Below, piece after piece: positions 1 through 13,945 of a stretch of 64,000 nucleotides of DNA. The notes under the pieces were generated by a model. The model ran no database searches and was not told the origin of the DNA. It worked only from the letters and a program-made list of their open reading frames with translations. The position numbers and the translations under genes are program-made. The first letter of the stretch is position 1; every line of letters starts with the position of its first letter. The stretch comes from the human T2T-CHM13v2.0 reference genome, Homo sapiens: NCBI RefSeq assembly GCF_009914755.1, contig NC_060929.1; one strand, given 5' to 3'.

Positions 1-379
1 GAACATCTGCTAGTCTCTGATAGGGTGTTCTAGGTGAGGTGAGGACCAGCAGTTTGAAGGAAGTTTGGAGAAAAGGATTACTTTATGTCTGGTAAGATAA
101 TGTTCTTTACTAATAAAACTTTCCCACCTATTGACTTTTAGGACGCCTGAAGGAAAAAGAAAATAGGAATCATTTAAATGTTAAACACATTGTTAAACAC
201 ATTTTTTTTGACAACCCAAACTCATTAGATTTATCATATTCATCTGTCTGCTGTGATTTTTTTTTCCCTAGGTGTGTTCTCACAGACTTCTTTGAAAAAA
301 AGAAAGAAAACGGGCTGAGTTATATGTGAACTAAATTTACCTATCATTATACATTTACAAGACAAATGGCAACACAGGA

Positions 380-1200
380 AATGGGCTTCTAAGCAATTTG
401 GAAATTATATATAACCTGAAAGTCACAAAGAAGATTAAAATTTATGTACAAAAAGTTATAAACAAAATATAAAAATTAACCACAAAATGGGAAAAATATT
501 TGCAACACATAATAGACAAAAACATTAATTTAATTTACAAGTTTTACAAATCACTAAAAAAATGCAACTTAGAAAAATAGGCAAAAGATATTAACAGGCA
601 GTTGACAGAGAAAGAAAAGCAAATGAAATCATGCTAAACTTCACTCATAATTAAATAAATGCAAACTAAAATAAGTTATATTTTTCAACTATGAGAGCAG
701 TAAAGATAAAATATTCTGACAACACACAATGTTGGCAAGTAGCAGTTCATAGAAATGTAAATTAAAACAACTTTTTAGAGGGCAATTTTGCCATACCCAT
801 CAAAATTAAAAATGCTTGTACTGTCTCAACTGTAATTTTATAGCTAGGAATTTAAATGAATAAACTCTCAAAAATTGCAAGGTTCATTTTCCAGTGTACT
901 CACTGATCCATTACTGGTAATAACAAAAAATGGAAAATAATCTAAATCTCCATCAGTCTGCCTGAATAAATTATTATATACCCAATCAATTCAATATTAT
1001 TTAGCATTGAGCAGAAAGAATCATACATCGTGTTAAAAAGTGAATAAAAAAACATGTGCATTATGATCCGTTTACTTATATGAAGAAATATATATAAATT
1101 TTTTCAGGAAACGAAACAATGAGGCAACTAAAACAGATCTTTAGGGAGAGGAATTAGTAGACTTCATTTTTCATTTTATATCTTTATGCCTGATTTAAAC
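380..1200 (+). mobile_element. Ancient L1M (L1ME-like) 3' fragments
   Basis: A-rich sequence with degenerate L1 ORF2-end motifs (aaaatatttgcaac, aaatgcaaactaaa, ctaggaatt, aataaattat). Boundaries approximate. Confidence 0.6.
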
Positions 1201-1554
1201 TTTTATTTTGCCACATATATGTAAAAAATTTGTACATATATAACATATTTTAAATAATAGTTATTGTAGTACTATTAAATAATATTTTAGAGAAAAGAAA
1301 CTACACAGATAATTGTTCACAGGCCCAGTCATTCAATATATATGGTATAGAATTCATCTCATCCACATTGAGATACCTTTTCAAAACAATGACTGCAAAA
1401 AAAGGGGTTTCCATTCTTTTTAGATGTTATTTTTAAATTCATTTCATAATAAAATCCAATACCATAGTATAACTCATTTTTTTCCCTTTCTCCAGAAACT
1501 TTAAGCAAATACTTGAAGTTATAGTAAAGGATCTTAAAATAATACCATTCTTGG

Positions 1555-1810
1555 TTCAACCACTTGGGGAAACAGTGTGTCTTTATCTATTGAAGGTGAA
1601 GCTATACATACTCCATGAACCAGCAATACCGTACTAAATATACACCCTAGAGAGAAATCTACTCATATATTCACCATGGTATGTGTATACAAATGTTCAC
1701 AGCAGAGTGTTTATAATAGCAAAAAACAAAAGCTAACCTCAAAACTACTAAAATAGTAATTAACATTAGAATGGCTATATTAATTATGGTATATCTATAC
1801 AATGGTATAT
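1555..1810 (+). mobile_element. Ancient L1M fragment
   Basis: ccagcaatacc...tatacaccctagagagaa...aatgttcacagcag...tataatagcaaaaa resembles the L1M ORF2 end. Confidence 0.6.
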
Positions 1811-2193
1811 CTATACAAAGAATCATCCTTAGGCTTGCAGAACAAATTTTAAGGTTTGGGCATTTATAATTCAAAAATAAAGTACAAAGAGGCTGAATAT
1901 GGAACTGTGTCCAAACCATCATAATAAAAATTAGTACCAGTACAGAGAAGAGATTCTATATTTAGATTAGAAGATGGAACTTCTAATTACTTCTTCATTA
2001 TTAAACCTTTAATATTCATTCCTAAATTAGATTTAGCCATTCCTTTTCAAGAACATTACATTTCCTGATATATTTCATAAATTGCAAATGCTCTTAAACA
2101 ATCAGACTAATATATCCTTCCTATCATCATTATTCATATTAACCTATCCTCACAGAAAGAAACCTCTAAGAGATGAAAAAAAAAAAAGTGTAA

Positions 2194-2543
<350 letters not shown>

Positions 2544-2544
2544 C

Positions 2545-3196
2545 TTTTTTTTTTCTGAGATGGGGTCTCACTCTGTCACCCAGGCTGGAGGGCAGTGGCA
2601 TGATCTTGGCTCACTAAAATCTCAAAATCTCTGCCTCCTGGGCTCAATGAATTCTCCCACCTCAGCCTCCCAAATAGCTGAGACAACAGGCGTGTGCCAC
2701 CATGCACGGCTAATTTTTGTATTTTTTGCAGAGATGGGTTTTCACCCTGTTGCGCAGGCTGGTCTCGAACGCCTGAGCTCAAGAGATCCTGCCACCTCAG
2801 CCTCCCAAAGTGCTACGATTACAGGCGTGAGACACCAAGTGATAAGGTTTGACAAATCTCATCTTGAATTGTAGCTCCCATAACTCCCCCATGTTATGGG
2901 AGGGACACGGTGGAAGATAATTGAATCATGGGGGCAGTTTCCCCTGTACTGTTCCCGTTAGTGAATAAGTCTTACGAGATCTGATGGGTTTATAAGTGGA
3001 AACACCTTTCACTTGGCTCTTATTCTCTTGTTTGCCACCATGTAAGACATAGCTTTTGCCTTCTTCCATTATTGTGAGGCCTCCCCAGCCACGTGGAACT
3101 GTGAGTCCATTCAACCTCTTTTTATTTATAAATTACCCAGTCTCAGGTATATCTTTATCAGCAGTGTGAAAATGAACTGATACACCATGCCTGGCC
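2545..3196 (-). mobile_element. AluJ-like element interrupted near its 5' end by a THE1 LTR
   Basis: Antisense Alu at 2545-2839. Its last bases (ccatgcctggcc) resume at 3185-3196. Confidence 0.88.
2840..3184 (+). mobile_element. THE1-family (ERVL-MaLR) solo LTR
   Basis: TG...CA termini, caaatctcatcttgaattgtagctcccataa and tataaattacccagtctcaggtat motifs, 5-bp TSD CCAAG/CCATG. Confidence 0.93.
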
Positions 3197-4005
3197 AAAA
3201 CCAAAATCTTCTTAACTCATGTTCCACATTTAAATATATGGTAGCAGTGGTGAAGGAGAGTGAAGAGAAGTTTTGAATTGTTATAGTATACATGCACACA
3301 CAGGTTCACACGCACACACAAACCATTTTGTAAGGGGAACATTTATTTTAAATCTTAGCCATGTGTTAATTTTCACTTAATATTTGTAGGAACATTTTCA
3401 GTTACATGTTCAACATAATACCATTTTAATACTAGTATTAAAAATGTTTTATAACCCTTTATAACACAGGAAAACACAGGTTTCTACCAATGGGCAGAAC
3501 TTGTCATCATGGGGGATTCCAGTAAAAGACTATTTCCCAATCTGCTACGTACAGCCGACTGCCTAAATTTGGACCAATGGATTTGGTGTGTGTGTGTATG
3601 GTAGGAAGTTGTTTTCTCCTCTCTAGGTTTTCCTTCTCACTGACGAGATAATAGCAACAAATAAAGGCTCCCATCTTTAATTCAGATGAAGAAGCCTCCT
3701 GATGAGAAGGACAGAGCTGCCTGGCCAGCTTCAGACAGGTCATTTCTAGATTGCTGTCTGAGTAGAACAGAAATGTCTGTTATTTCAGCACTGAAATTTG
3801 AAGATATTGTTATAGAAAATTTTAACACAAAAGTCTAAATATTCAGTTAAATTATTTGTAGGAAATAGTTCAATCAATGTCATTAGTCAAGGCAAAAATC
3901 TTTGTCATAAGAATTAGGGGATAAAAACAAAATCTTAAAAATATGTACACATGAATTTTTATGTATATGCTCATGTGACATTAAAGGTCTCTCCAGGCAT
4001 TACAT

Positions 4006-4511
4006 CAGCAGTCCCCAACCTTTTTGGCACCAGGGACCATTTTCTTCCATGGATTGGGGTGGTGAAGGTGGATGACTTTGGGATGATACAAGAACACTAC
4101 ATTTATTGTGCACTTTATTTCTATTATTACTACATTGTAATATATAGTGAAATAATTATACAACTCACCACAACATAGAATCAGTGGGAGCCCTGAACTT
4201 GTTTTTCTGCAACTAGATGGTCCCAGCTGGGGGTGTTGGGAGACAGTGACAGATCATCAGGCATTAGATTCTCATAAGGAGCACGCAACCTAGATGCTTC
4301 ACAGGCACAGTTCACAATAGGGTTCATGCTCCTATAAGAATCTAATGCCACTGCTGATCTGACAGGAGATGGAGCTCAGGCAGTAATGCGAGTGATGGGG
4401 AGTGGCTGCAAATACAGATGAAGCTTCTCTTGCTTGCCCACTGCTCATCTCCCGCTGTGCAGCCTGGTTCCTAATGGTACCATTCTGTGGCCCAGGGGTT
4501 GGGGACTCCTG
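4006..4511. mobile_element. MER1A-like hAT-Charlie DNA transposon
   Basis: TIRs cagcagtccccaacc / ggttggggactcctg and perfect 8-bp TSD CATTACAT (3998-4005, 4512-4519). Confidence 0.92.
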
Positions 4512-4899
4512 CATTACATCAAAGTAAAAATCACACACACACAAAGACCAAGATACTTACAGTAATAAATTTTCTAAATAGTTGAATGTCAACACTATGA
4601 TAAACAAAATTGCAATGCAACTAACTGGAGAAAACCAATTTAGTTTAGGGTTTTTGTCCATAATACATGAAAAAGCTCTTAAAATGGGTAAAATGACAAA
4701 GAACATTGTATTAATAGATTTTTGGTTGCAAGCCACAGAAACCAAGACTCTGGTTAACTTAGATGAAGTGAATTACTGTAAGAGTATGGGAAAGTTAAAT
4801 GAAAGAAGAAACAGATGCAGAAAGGACAACGGAAGTAGTTCCAGAGGGTGCTGCTGGCAGGAACTACCATACTGTCTTCCCTGAGTACTGCCACTGGAA

Positions 4900-5250
4900 T
4901 GGACAGTTCCTTAGAAACAGACTGAGGTGGCATAGAGATGGCATAGAGAAAGCATAGAGAAATGGCATAGAGGAAGTTTGATTGAGAGTATACTCAGGAG
5001 ACACAACTATAAGGAAATGAGGAAGGCAGGATTGGGCAGAGGAAGCAGCAGACTCACAGTGAGGATGCAGCTGAAGCCTCAGTCCATCCTACAGGGTGTT
5101 CTTTGAGGTAGTGGCTCTTTAGATTGTCCCAAATACAGTCAATGCCCTTTATATTGACCATCAGCTAGTCAGTGGCCTTGGGTTGCCCTCAGGCAAGGCA
5201 GTTGCCCAGGGAGGGAGGAAGTGAGATATAAGCAACTAAGAGTCCCACAA
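4900..5250. mobile_element. Old ERVL-class LTR fragment (LTR16-like)
   Basis: gaaacagact...ggaaggcaggattgggcagagg...gcctcagtccatcctacaggg resembles remembered LTR16-type consensus. Confidence 0.5.
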
Positions 5251-5519
5251 CTGGACTTACTTTTCTGACTTTGCATCACACCACCCAAAATTCAAAACAC
5301 TTATGAGAGCCAGATTGGCACATTTGGTCATATGCTCACAATTTGGCTGGGGCAGGCAAGCTCCTCTATTATGTCCTTCCAAAACTACACACAGAGAGGT
5401 AATTCCAGTAAAAGAATTACCCCCACCTCACCAAAGAAACAAAACAAAACCCAAACAAAAACAACAAGAAAAATGTGTATGCTATTACCACAACAAGAGA
5501 GAATGGAAACCCCACTTCT

Positions 5520-6220
5520 AGGATACAGTAATGGTCTTCTATAGATATCAATGGGCAATTCAGAAATAAAAATATATAAATGATTAAGAAACTTTAAAAA
5601 CTATAACCTCACTAGAAGTCAATGATCTGCAAATTAAACTTTTGTTGTTTTTTTTTTTTGCTAATCAGATTGACAAAGATTAAGAAAGATTTTACTCTGA
5701 CTTTATAAGGGTGGTGGAAGGCAGAAATTCAAACACAATGTTGACAGAAGGATAAATTGATAATAACCTTTCTGAAAATCAATTTTGATATGTATGCCAA
5801 AAGTTTTAAAAATATACATACCCTGCTATTTCACTTCTAAGAATTTATCCTAAGGAAATACTCAATTAAGAAAGATATATGCACAAAGACATCCAATGTA
5901 GCACTGCTTGCTCTTATTTAAAAATGAAATAAACAGGGTTCAAAAATAGGTGATAGAGTCAGTAAATTATGATAAATCTACATGATGCAATATTATGAAG
6001 CCATTAGAAATCATGCAATTGCAAGATATCCATTTTCATATATAGAGAAATGTTCACATTACTGGTTTTAAAAACTATAAAACATACCATAAATCATTTT
6101 GTAATACCATAAACAGGAAAATGTTATTTCAGGGTGATGGCATTATAAGTGTTACTTCCTTTTGCTTTTTTCCTATGACTTCTATATTAATTATTACTTT
6201 ATAAATAGAAAGATGTTATA
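5520..6220 (+). mobile_element. Ancient L1M 3' fragment
   Basis: ctgcaaattaaa, ctatttcacttctaagaatttatcctaaggaaata, gccattagaaatcatg. Confidence 0.6.
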
Positions 6221-6397
6221 AATAATAAATATCTACTTGACTTATAGATATTAAATTCTTGATATATATCCTATTATATATCAAGAATTATATATTATAT
6301 CAAGAATTATATAATATGGAATATATATCAATAATATCTATCTATATTATATAATATATATTAAGAATTTTATGTCTCTAGAAATTGGTTACAATTC

Positions 6398-6711
<314 letters not shown>

Positions 6712-7662
6712 TTACAATTGAGGTGGAATTTTAGTTCAAATCTCTTAAAAAACAAGAAACATTTCTTGACTAATCAGAAGAGCTGATACTCAGGGCCATA
6801 TTCAAAGTCAGCTGGTACTTCAGTTTTAAATGAAAACAATTACATGAACCGTAATAACCTGCCTTTACCTTCATACTCATGTTTTTAAAAACTGCCATAT
6901 TGAACCTAATAGTTTTGGCCCACATTTAAAGGAAGATTAAATTACTTGGAAAGGGCCCAGAGGACAGTAATAAAAATAATTACATACTTAGAAATTTGGT
7001 CCTATAATGACATGCAAGAGGAAATCATTTAGAAAATAAAACTGAAAATAACCTTACACTTTTACGGGTTACCATAACCTCTGAAGAATGGGACAAGAAG
7101 CCAAAGAATTGAATTATAATGAGAATAATTTAATTTAGTCATTAGGAAGAACATCTTATTCCTCAATAAGTATTTGAGTGATTATTAATGTCCAATGCTA
7201 TGGCATAAGGACTTGTAACCACTAGGATGTGTTACTAGAAATTATTTTCTTAAAAGTGTCAGAGGTAGAATATTGTGCAAAGTAGGGGCTTATTACATAA
7301 CCCTTTAAGATCTTTTCCATATTTATGATTTTTACAAAATTTCAGGCATCTAGAATAATTATAAAAACATATCTTATTTTTATGGCTTTTTAAAAGTGAA
7401 AATAGATTAATAATTAAGAAATATAAGAGGATAAAAATATTAGAGATTTTTCATTAACATTGAGGAAAATATAAGTATACAGTTAGTTAGGAAACGCATT
7501 ATATTATTTGACTCCATAAAGGGGAAGCAATTAAACTAATTATTAAGATATGAGTACATGTGTGTTAAGTGTCAGTATTTGTATTTTAAATCTCTTTTTT
7601 TTTAAAGTATAGTGCAATGTAGTGAATGCAGACAAAATGTTCCTATAACATATCTGTACAGA

Positions 7663-7783
7663 TTTTTTTCTAAGACGGGAGTCTTGCTATGTTGTCCAGG
7701 CTGGTCTTGAACTCTGGGGCTGAAGCGATACTCCTGGCTTAGCCTCCCTAGTAGCTGGGACTACAGGCACACACCAACTTACC
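7663..7783 (-). mobile_element. Free Alu monomer (FLAM/FAM-like)
   Basis: Single antisense monomer: gtcttgctatgttgtccaggctggtcttgaactc...gtagctgggactacaggc. Confidence 0.8.
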
Positions 7784-8104
7784 AGTAACACATTAGTTTT
7801 AAGGGGCTCAGATGAAGGAAAATAAAATGGATTTAAGATGAGTAAAAAAGAATCCTCCTTTGTCTGGGCTTGTTCCATCTTCCAAATATGTAGCAGCAAC
7901 ATAATGACACTAAAAACTGCCCTAAAAATCTGTAACAGAAAAAAAAAATAGCTTACATGCTACTCAAAAAATTACCTAAATACCTCTCAAAATCAAAACA
8001 AAAAGCAAAGTAAAAAATAAAACAGGACATACTTGCAAGAAAAGATATGACCTAAAGGTTGTATCTTAGCCCTGTTTGTTTTTTGAATAAAATATTAAGT
8101 TTTA

Positions 8105-8650
8105 AGCATTTATTTACTGTTTACATACATTAGGCCTTACCATATTATCAGGCACTATTCTAAGTATTTTACGAATAGTACTTTATGTAATCCTCATAGC
8201 TCCACAAGTATGAGGGTGTGGTGGCTCATGCCTGTAATCCTAGCACTTTGGAAAGCAGACTGCTTAAGTCCAGGAGTTCAAGACCAGCTTAGGCAACATG
8301 GCCATACCCTGTTTCTACAAAAAACAAAAAAATTAGCCGGGGATGGTGGCCTGCACCTGTGGTCCCAGCTACTCAGGAGGCTGAGGTGGGAGGATCACTT
8401 GAGCCTGGGAGATCAAGGCTGCAGTGAGCTGTGATCTTACCACTGCACTCCAGACTGGGTGACAGAGCGAGACTCTGTCTAAAAAAAAAAAAAGCTACCA
8501 TTGTTATACCCCATTTTATAGATTAGGAAACTGAGGCACAGAGGTCACACTAAGCCAAGATCACACAACAAATAGCGGAGCTGATGGAGCTGAGATTCAA
8601 ATCCAGGCAGTCTGGTGCTGGAGTCCATGTGTGTAATCACTAAGCTATTA
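8105..8650. mobile_element. MIR interrupted by a + strand AluJ (8212-8492)
   Basis: MIR motifs caggcactattctaag, taatcctcat and ccccattttatagattaggaaactgaggcacagag flank a diverged Alu dimer. Confidence 0.85.
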
Positions 8651-9154
8651 TATACAAGTAATTCCTTCAAATATTAATATTTGATAACAATTTTGAACTT
8701 TGAAGTTTGCAAATATCCACAGCCTGTATAGTTAGAAGTACAAAAGTAATCACAAATAACTTTTCTAATACAGATTTTAAATTGGAAAAGATTTCTTTGA
8801 ATAGCTTTACAACAAACATGTGTAGACAAAAGTAGGGATAAGAAAGAAAGACTGTTTTTTAAATGCATTTGTCATGAATTTACTACCTGGGTAAGCAAAA
8901 AACTTGAGCTGTCTCTTTTGAAAGACATAATTTACAAATATGAATTTATATATTGTCTAGAGGAAAAGCACAGTACAATTTCAATTAATGTTTAATTCTA
9001 TGACTGACTAAAATCTTTATAATATTTTTAATTAAAGAAGAAGGTGACCGGGACTTAGGTAAGAAAGCAAAATTATAACATTTACTACATAACAAGTTTT
9101 TTGTTTTTTTTTTTACATAAACAAGCTTTGTTTCTTACAAAAAAAAACAAGCTT

Positions 9155-9473
<319 letters not shown>

Positions 9474-10261
9474 TAGGGTAACTTTTTTCTTTTTTCTGTA
9501 ACAGAATAATCACATTATTTCTCAAGGGAAATACCATTTACTCAATTTGTACTCTGAATGCCATCTAATAAAACAGCAAAGCCACAACCATGCAGAATGT
9601 CAGCACAGCATGTCTAACTAAAACTCACTGTAAGAAAAAAAAGGAAAAGAGAGCTGATTTCAAAGGTTCTACATGGCTTTGCACTTCACATGCTCTGATG
9701 CTGCAGATATGAGAAGTTGTAGGTCTAACATAATTTATATCTTCTTTTAGGATACTTTGGCATTTGTGAATTGAGAAGTTTGGAAAACAACTACGCAAGT
9801 CACTTCTAATCCTAAAATTCCAACTACATGAAATAAATATTAGTAAGTACTCAGACACACACAATGTCAAAGGCTGGCCTTGTGGCAAAAAGGAAATACA
9901 GCAAAATCAGTCAGGTTCCCACCACGGCACTGATAGCAAGTCTGTTCTCAAGGTTAGTCTCTAAACTGACACCTGGTAAGTCTGACAATGAAATATTTGC
10001 CAACAATTAAGTAAAGGAGATCTCTCCTGATAAATTTTTCATAAGTTTCACATAATACACTTTGATATTTCCTGGAATGTTTGTGGCCCTCCCCTCACTG
10101 CATTGCTCTCTCATTTTGTTGGCTAATACATGTTACTAAAGTCAATATATATTCAACTCATTTTTCTCTGCCTCTTGGCCCAATTTAACACAGCTGATCC
10201 TGTTTTCAAATGCCTTCATCTGATTTTCTTCTCACCTCCTGACCTTTGTAGGTCTTTTATG

Positions 10262-10440
10262 TGCTCATTAATGTTGGAATTACTTATTTTTTCCTTAACC
10301 AAGTTTTTCATCTGTAAAATGGATGTAATCTTATGATTTTCTTCATAGTGTTGCGAGAATTCAGTAAGATTATGAATGTATAGATTTTGGCACAGTATCC
10401 AGGACCTAAATTCTCTATAAAGGCTAACTACTATTACTAC
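10262..10440. mobile_element. MIR fragment
   Basis: aagtttttcatctgtaaaatggatgtaat core. Confidence 0.7.
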
Positions 10441-10530
10441 TATCAACTCACAGCTAGATTAGTGAAATTGTGTCCTGACTTTCCATGCTTATTCTTCCTC
10501 TTCTCCACTCTTCTGCTCATAATATAACTA

Positions 10531-10841
10531 GTTTTATTTTTATTTATTTATTTTTTGAGACAGTGTCTCACTCTGTCGCCCAGGCTGGGTGCTGTGGCAC
10601 AATCATAGCTCACTACAACCCCCACCTCAAGTGATCCTCCCACCTCAGCCTCCCAGGGAGCTGGGAATACAGGTGCGTGCCACCACGCCCCACTAATTTT
10701 TGAATTTTTGTGGGTTTTTTTGGTAGAGATGGGGTTTCATTATTGTTGTCCAGGCTGGTCTCGAATTCCTGAGCTCAAGCCATATACCCGCCTTGGCCTC
10801 CCAAGTGCTGGGATTACAGGTGTGAGCCACCTTGCCAGGCC
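10531..10841 (-). mobile_element. AluJ-like
   Basis: (TTTA)n tail, atcatagctcact, cctgagctcaagc. Confidence 0.92.
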
Positions 10842-10849
10842 TAGAGAGT

Positions 10850-12510
10850 TTTAATAAGCACAAATCTGATTATGTGCCCCTCAATCTATCCAGAAACCCA
10901 TTAATGCTTTTATAGGGCTTTTAGAATACAGACACATCTCTTACTACTTTTGCCCCCAATCCTTCCCTATGCTTTAACCAAACTGATTTCAAGCTTCTTG
11001 CTTCTTTGATAGTCCCTGCTCACTCCATGAGGGCATTTGTCCACAATATTTCCCTTGTTGGAAACCCTCTAGTGACAATTTGGTCCTAATTTTCCTTTAG
11101 ACCTTTGCTAAAAAGTCACTTCTGTCTTGACTAAGTCTGGCCTATTTTGCATTTTCCTTATACTACGTTCCTATCCCCTAGAACTTCTGTTTGCAGTTAC
11201 AAATTTATATGAGTGACTACTATTTATTATTAATACACATTTGTGTGTTTCTTCCAACAGACATCTCAGACTAAGCTCCTGATATTCATCCAACCCAAAC
11301 CTGTTCCTTTAACCTCCTTTGCCATCTCAGAAAATAGCAATACTATTCTTCCAGTTGCTGAGGTCAAAACCCTTGGACTCTCACACTTCACATCCATCAG
11401 CAAATTCTATTGTTTCCCCAGAATTCAACTACTTTTCCCCATTTCCACTGATACCCACTGTGGTCAAAGCGCTATCATCACTTCCTGGATTGCTGTAATA
11501 CCTCTTAACACATCTCCTTGCTTCTTTGACCCAACCATTTATCCCTTGCCTACCTACAAGACAGCTAGATGAATCCTTTAAAAATGGCAGATGTCATTCC
11601 TCCACTGAAACCTTCCAATAACCTGCCATCTGCCAAGGACTGTTGTGTACCCTGCTAAATTAATATGTTGAAGCCCGAATCCTCTCCTCACTCCTATGTG
11701 ACTGTATTGGAGACAGTCCTTTTAAGGAGATAATTAAGGTTAAATGAGGTGATCAGGGTAAAGCCCTGATTCCACAGAACTGGTGCCCTTATAAGAAAAG
11801 AGACAACGCTCTCTTTATCATCTGAGGAGACATTGAGAAGGTACTGTCTGCAAGCCAAAAAGAAAACCCGAACATGATCATGCTGGCATTCTGATCTCAG
11901 ACTTCCAGCAGGCAGAACTGTGAGAAAATATATTTCTACTGTTTGAGCCACCCAATCTATGTATTTTGTTATGGCAGCCTGAGCTGACTAACACACTATT
12001 CTACTAAAAAAGTCAAGTATGTCTAACAGCCAAAAAAGGTCCTAAACATTCTGATCTACTACATCCCATATCCTAAGCTCTCTGATGTAATTGCCTTTGA
12101 TTCTTCACATCTCTTAAGCAAGTTCCAGCCAAACTGGCTTACATGCAATTCCGTGAGCATGCTAAGCATGCTCCTGCCTTTGGGTCTTTGGTTTCCCTCT
12201 GCTTCAGACACTTTTTTTCCCAAGAACTCATATCACTCACTTCCTTACTCAAATATCACCTTCTCAGTGAGGCCATCCTATGGAAAATTTTATGATCCTC
12301 ATTTCACACAAATATCCCATTTCCCTTTCCTTAGTACTCACTGCTTGGATGCTATGTATTTTACCTATTTATCTTGTCTATTGTTTCTCTTTCTCACTAG
12401 AAAGAACTCCATGAGAGATGGGATTGTCCGTTTTGCTCACTGCTATATCCCGTAAATACAGAGTAGCTCATAGTACCTGTTCAGTATTTATTCAACTAAA
12501 TGAATGTTGA
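10850..12510. mobile_element. L2 fragments interrupted by an MLT1 LTR
   Basis: ccagttgctgaggtcaaaacccttgg, catccatcagcaaattct, ccttctcagtgaggcc, ttttgctcactgctatatcc, and a terminal aatgaat. Confidence 0.7.
11640..11994 (+). mobile_element. MLT1A/B-like MaLR LTR
   Basis: taattaaggttaaatgagg, cccttataagaaaagag, gacttccagc...agaactgtgagaaaata, ttttgttatggcagcctgagctgactaacaca. Confidence 0.85.
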
Positions 12511-12914
12511 ATTCCAATAGTGGCAGAATTCGTTGTGGAGCTGAAAGGTACTGCACGGATCAACTACTAATGCAGCAATTCCCTAGTAGAAAACTGCACT
12601 GCTTAAAGGACCACCTCATTTTTCTGGCCTCCTCTGGTTATTACTAAAGCTCAAAAGGAGCTTTAAAAATCCTGATGCAACAGCTGTTTTCCCCTCTCAC
12701 CGTCTTTAAAAATAGAGATAATAAAATAGCCTGAAAAGTTGTCAAGTTCAAGTAAGATCATGTTTATGACAATTTTTTGAAAATTGCCTGGTTGCAGCTT
12801 TTACTTACAGCATTTTCAAACAGTTCTGCCAACTCTGTGGCTCTTTCATCATGTTTCAAGTGTTCAGCAAACGATGGTGTTCGTCTCCATAAAGTCAAAG
12901 TTTAAAAATACAAG

Positions 12915-13215
12915 GGCCGGGCGCGGTGGCTCATGCCTGTAATCCCAGCACTTGGAGAGGCGGAGGTGGGCGGATCACGAGGTCAGGAGATCGAGACCAT
13001 CCTGGCTAACACGGTGAAACCCCGACTCTACTAAAAATACAAAAAATTAGCAGGGCGTGATGGCGGGCGCCTGTAGTCCCAACTACTCAGGAGGCTGAGG
13101 CAGGAGGAGAATGGCGTGAACCCAGGAGGCGGAGTTTGCAGTGAGCCAAGATCGCACCCCTGCACTACAGCTTGGGCGACAGAGCGAGACTCCGTCTCAA
13201 AAAAAAAAAAAAAAA
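12915..13215 (+). mobile_element. AluY
   Basis: gatcacgaggtcaggagatcgagaccatcctggctaacacggtg and gaatggcgtgaaccc diagnostics. CpG-rich. Confidence 0.95.
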
Positions 13216-13570
13216 GTACATAAATAAAAACCAAGTAATTGGAGGACGCCATTCATTGATTTTACTTAGGACTTTGGGCATAATCTATAGGTTTAAAAAT
13301 TTCTGCTGCTAAGAAAGTGGGAACACAGTTATATTCCCTTACATTTTACCGAAGAGAAACTAGACCTGCAGAGGAGTACCTTTCTGTTTCTATATAAGCA
13401 GAGGAATTCTGCACAACCCAAATCACGCAGAAACCTCCTGGTAAGGACTCCACGGGTAGTTATTGCCGGCATTGTATTCTGAGAGATGAGCTGCATATCA
13501 CTTTTGGAAATGCCTTAAATTAAAACTCGTCTTGAAACAACATGACGTCTCAAAGAAGCTCCCTTCTCAC

Positions 13571-13930
13571 CTTGGAACATCAGCTTTTAAAATAAAGGTG
13601 TCATCAGAAGTGTGTAGACACCCACTGCATCACAACTGGAACTGATCTCTGGTTATGCCAATCTAGGTCTGCCTGGCAGGGTGAGTCTACCGCTCGAAAG
13701 CTGCACAGAGGAAATCCTCCCTCCTCCAGGTTCAGGCCCGGAGTTACGAGCGGAGATTCGCGGCGGCGGGTCAGAGCCCAGAGCAAACCAGGCTGGGGAA
13801 CGCACCTCGCCCGCGGCTCCGGAAGCGGCTGCGGCCCCGACCGGAAAGCCCCCAGCATCGCCCGAAGGAATCGCGGCTGGCCTGCGGCTCCGGCCCGGCC
13901 TCGGGTACCACGCGCCTAGTGGGAAGCCGC
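13571..13930 (-). ncRNA. SLC12A2-DT: Probable first exon of the divergent lncRNA (SLC12A2-DT / LINC01184); 5' end approximate
   Basis: Minus-strand donor AAG|GTGAGA at 13571/13570 at the island edge, and a CGCG element just upstream. The name comes from prior knowledge of the locus. Downstream exons were not located. Confidence 0.6.
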
Positions 13931-13945
13931 ACTGACGCCTGCAGC

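Noticed and set aside
4552-4563. Minus-strand donor-like ACT|GTAAGTAT, a possible exon of the divergent lncRNA
   Set aside because: No matching acceptor or exon could be supported from sequence alone.
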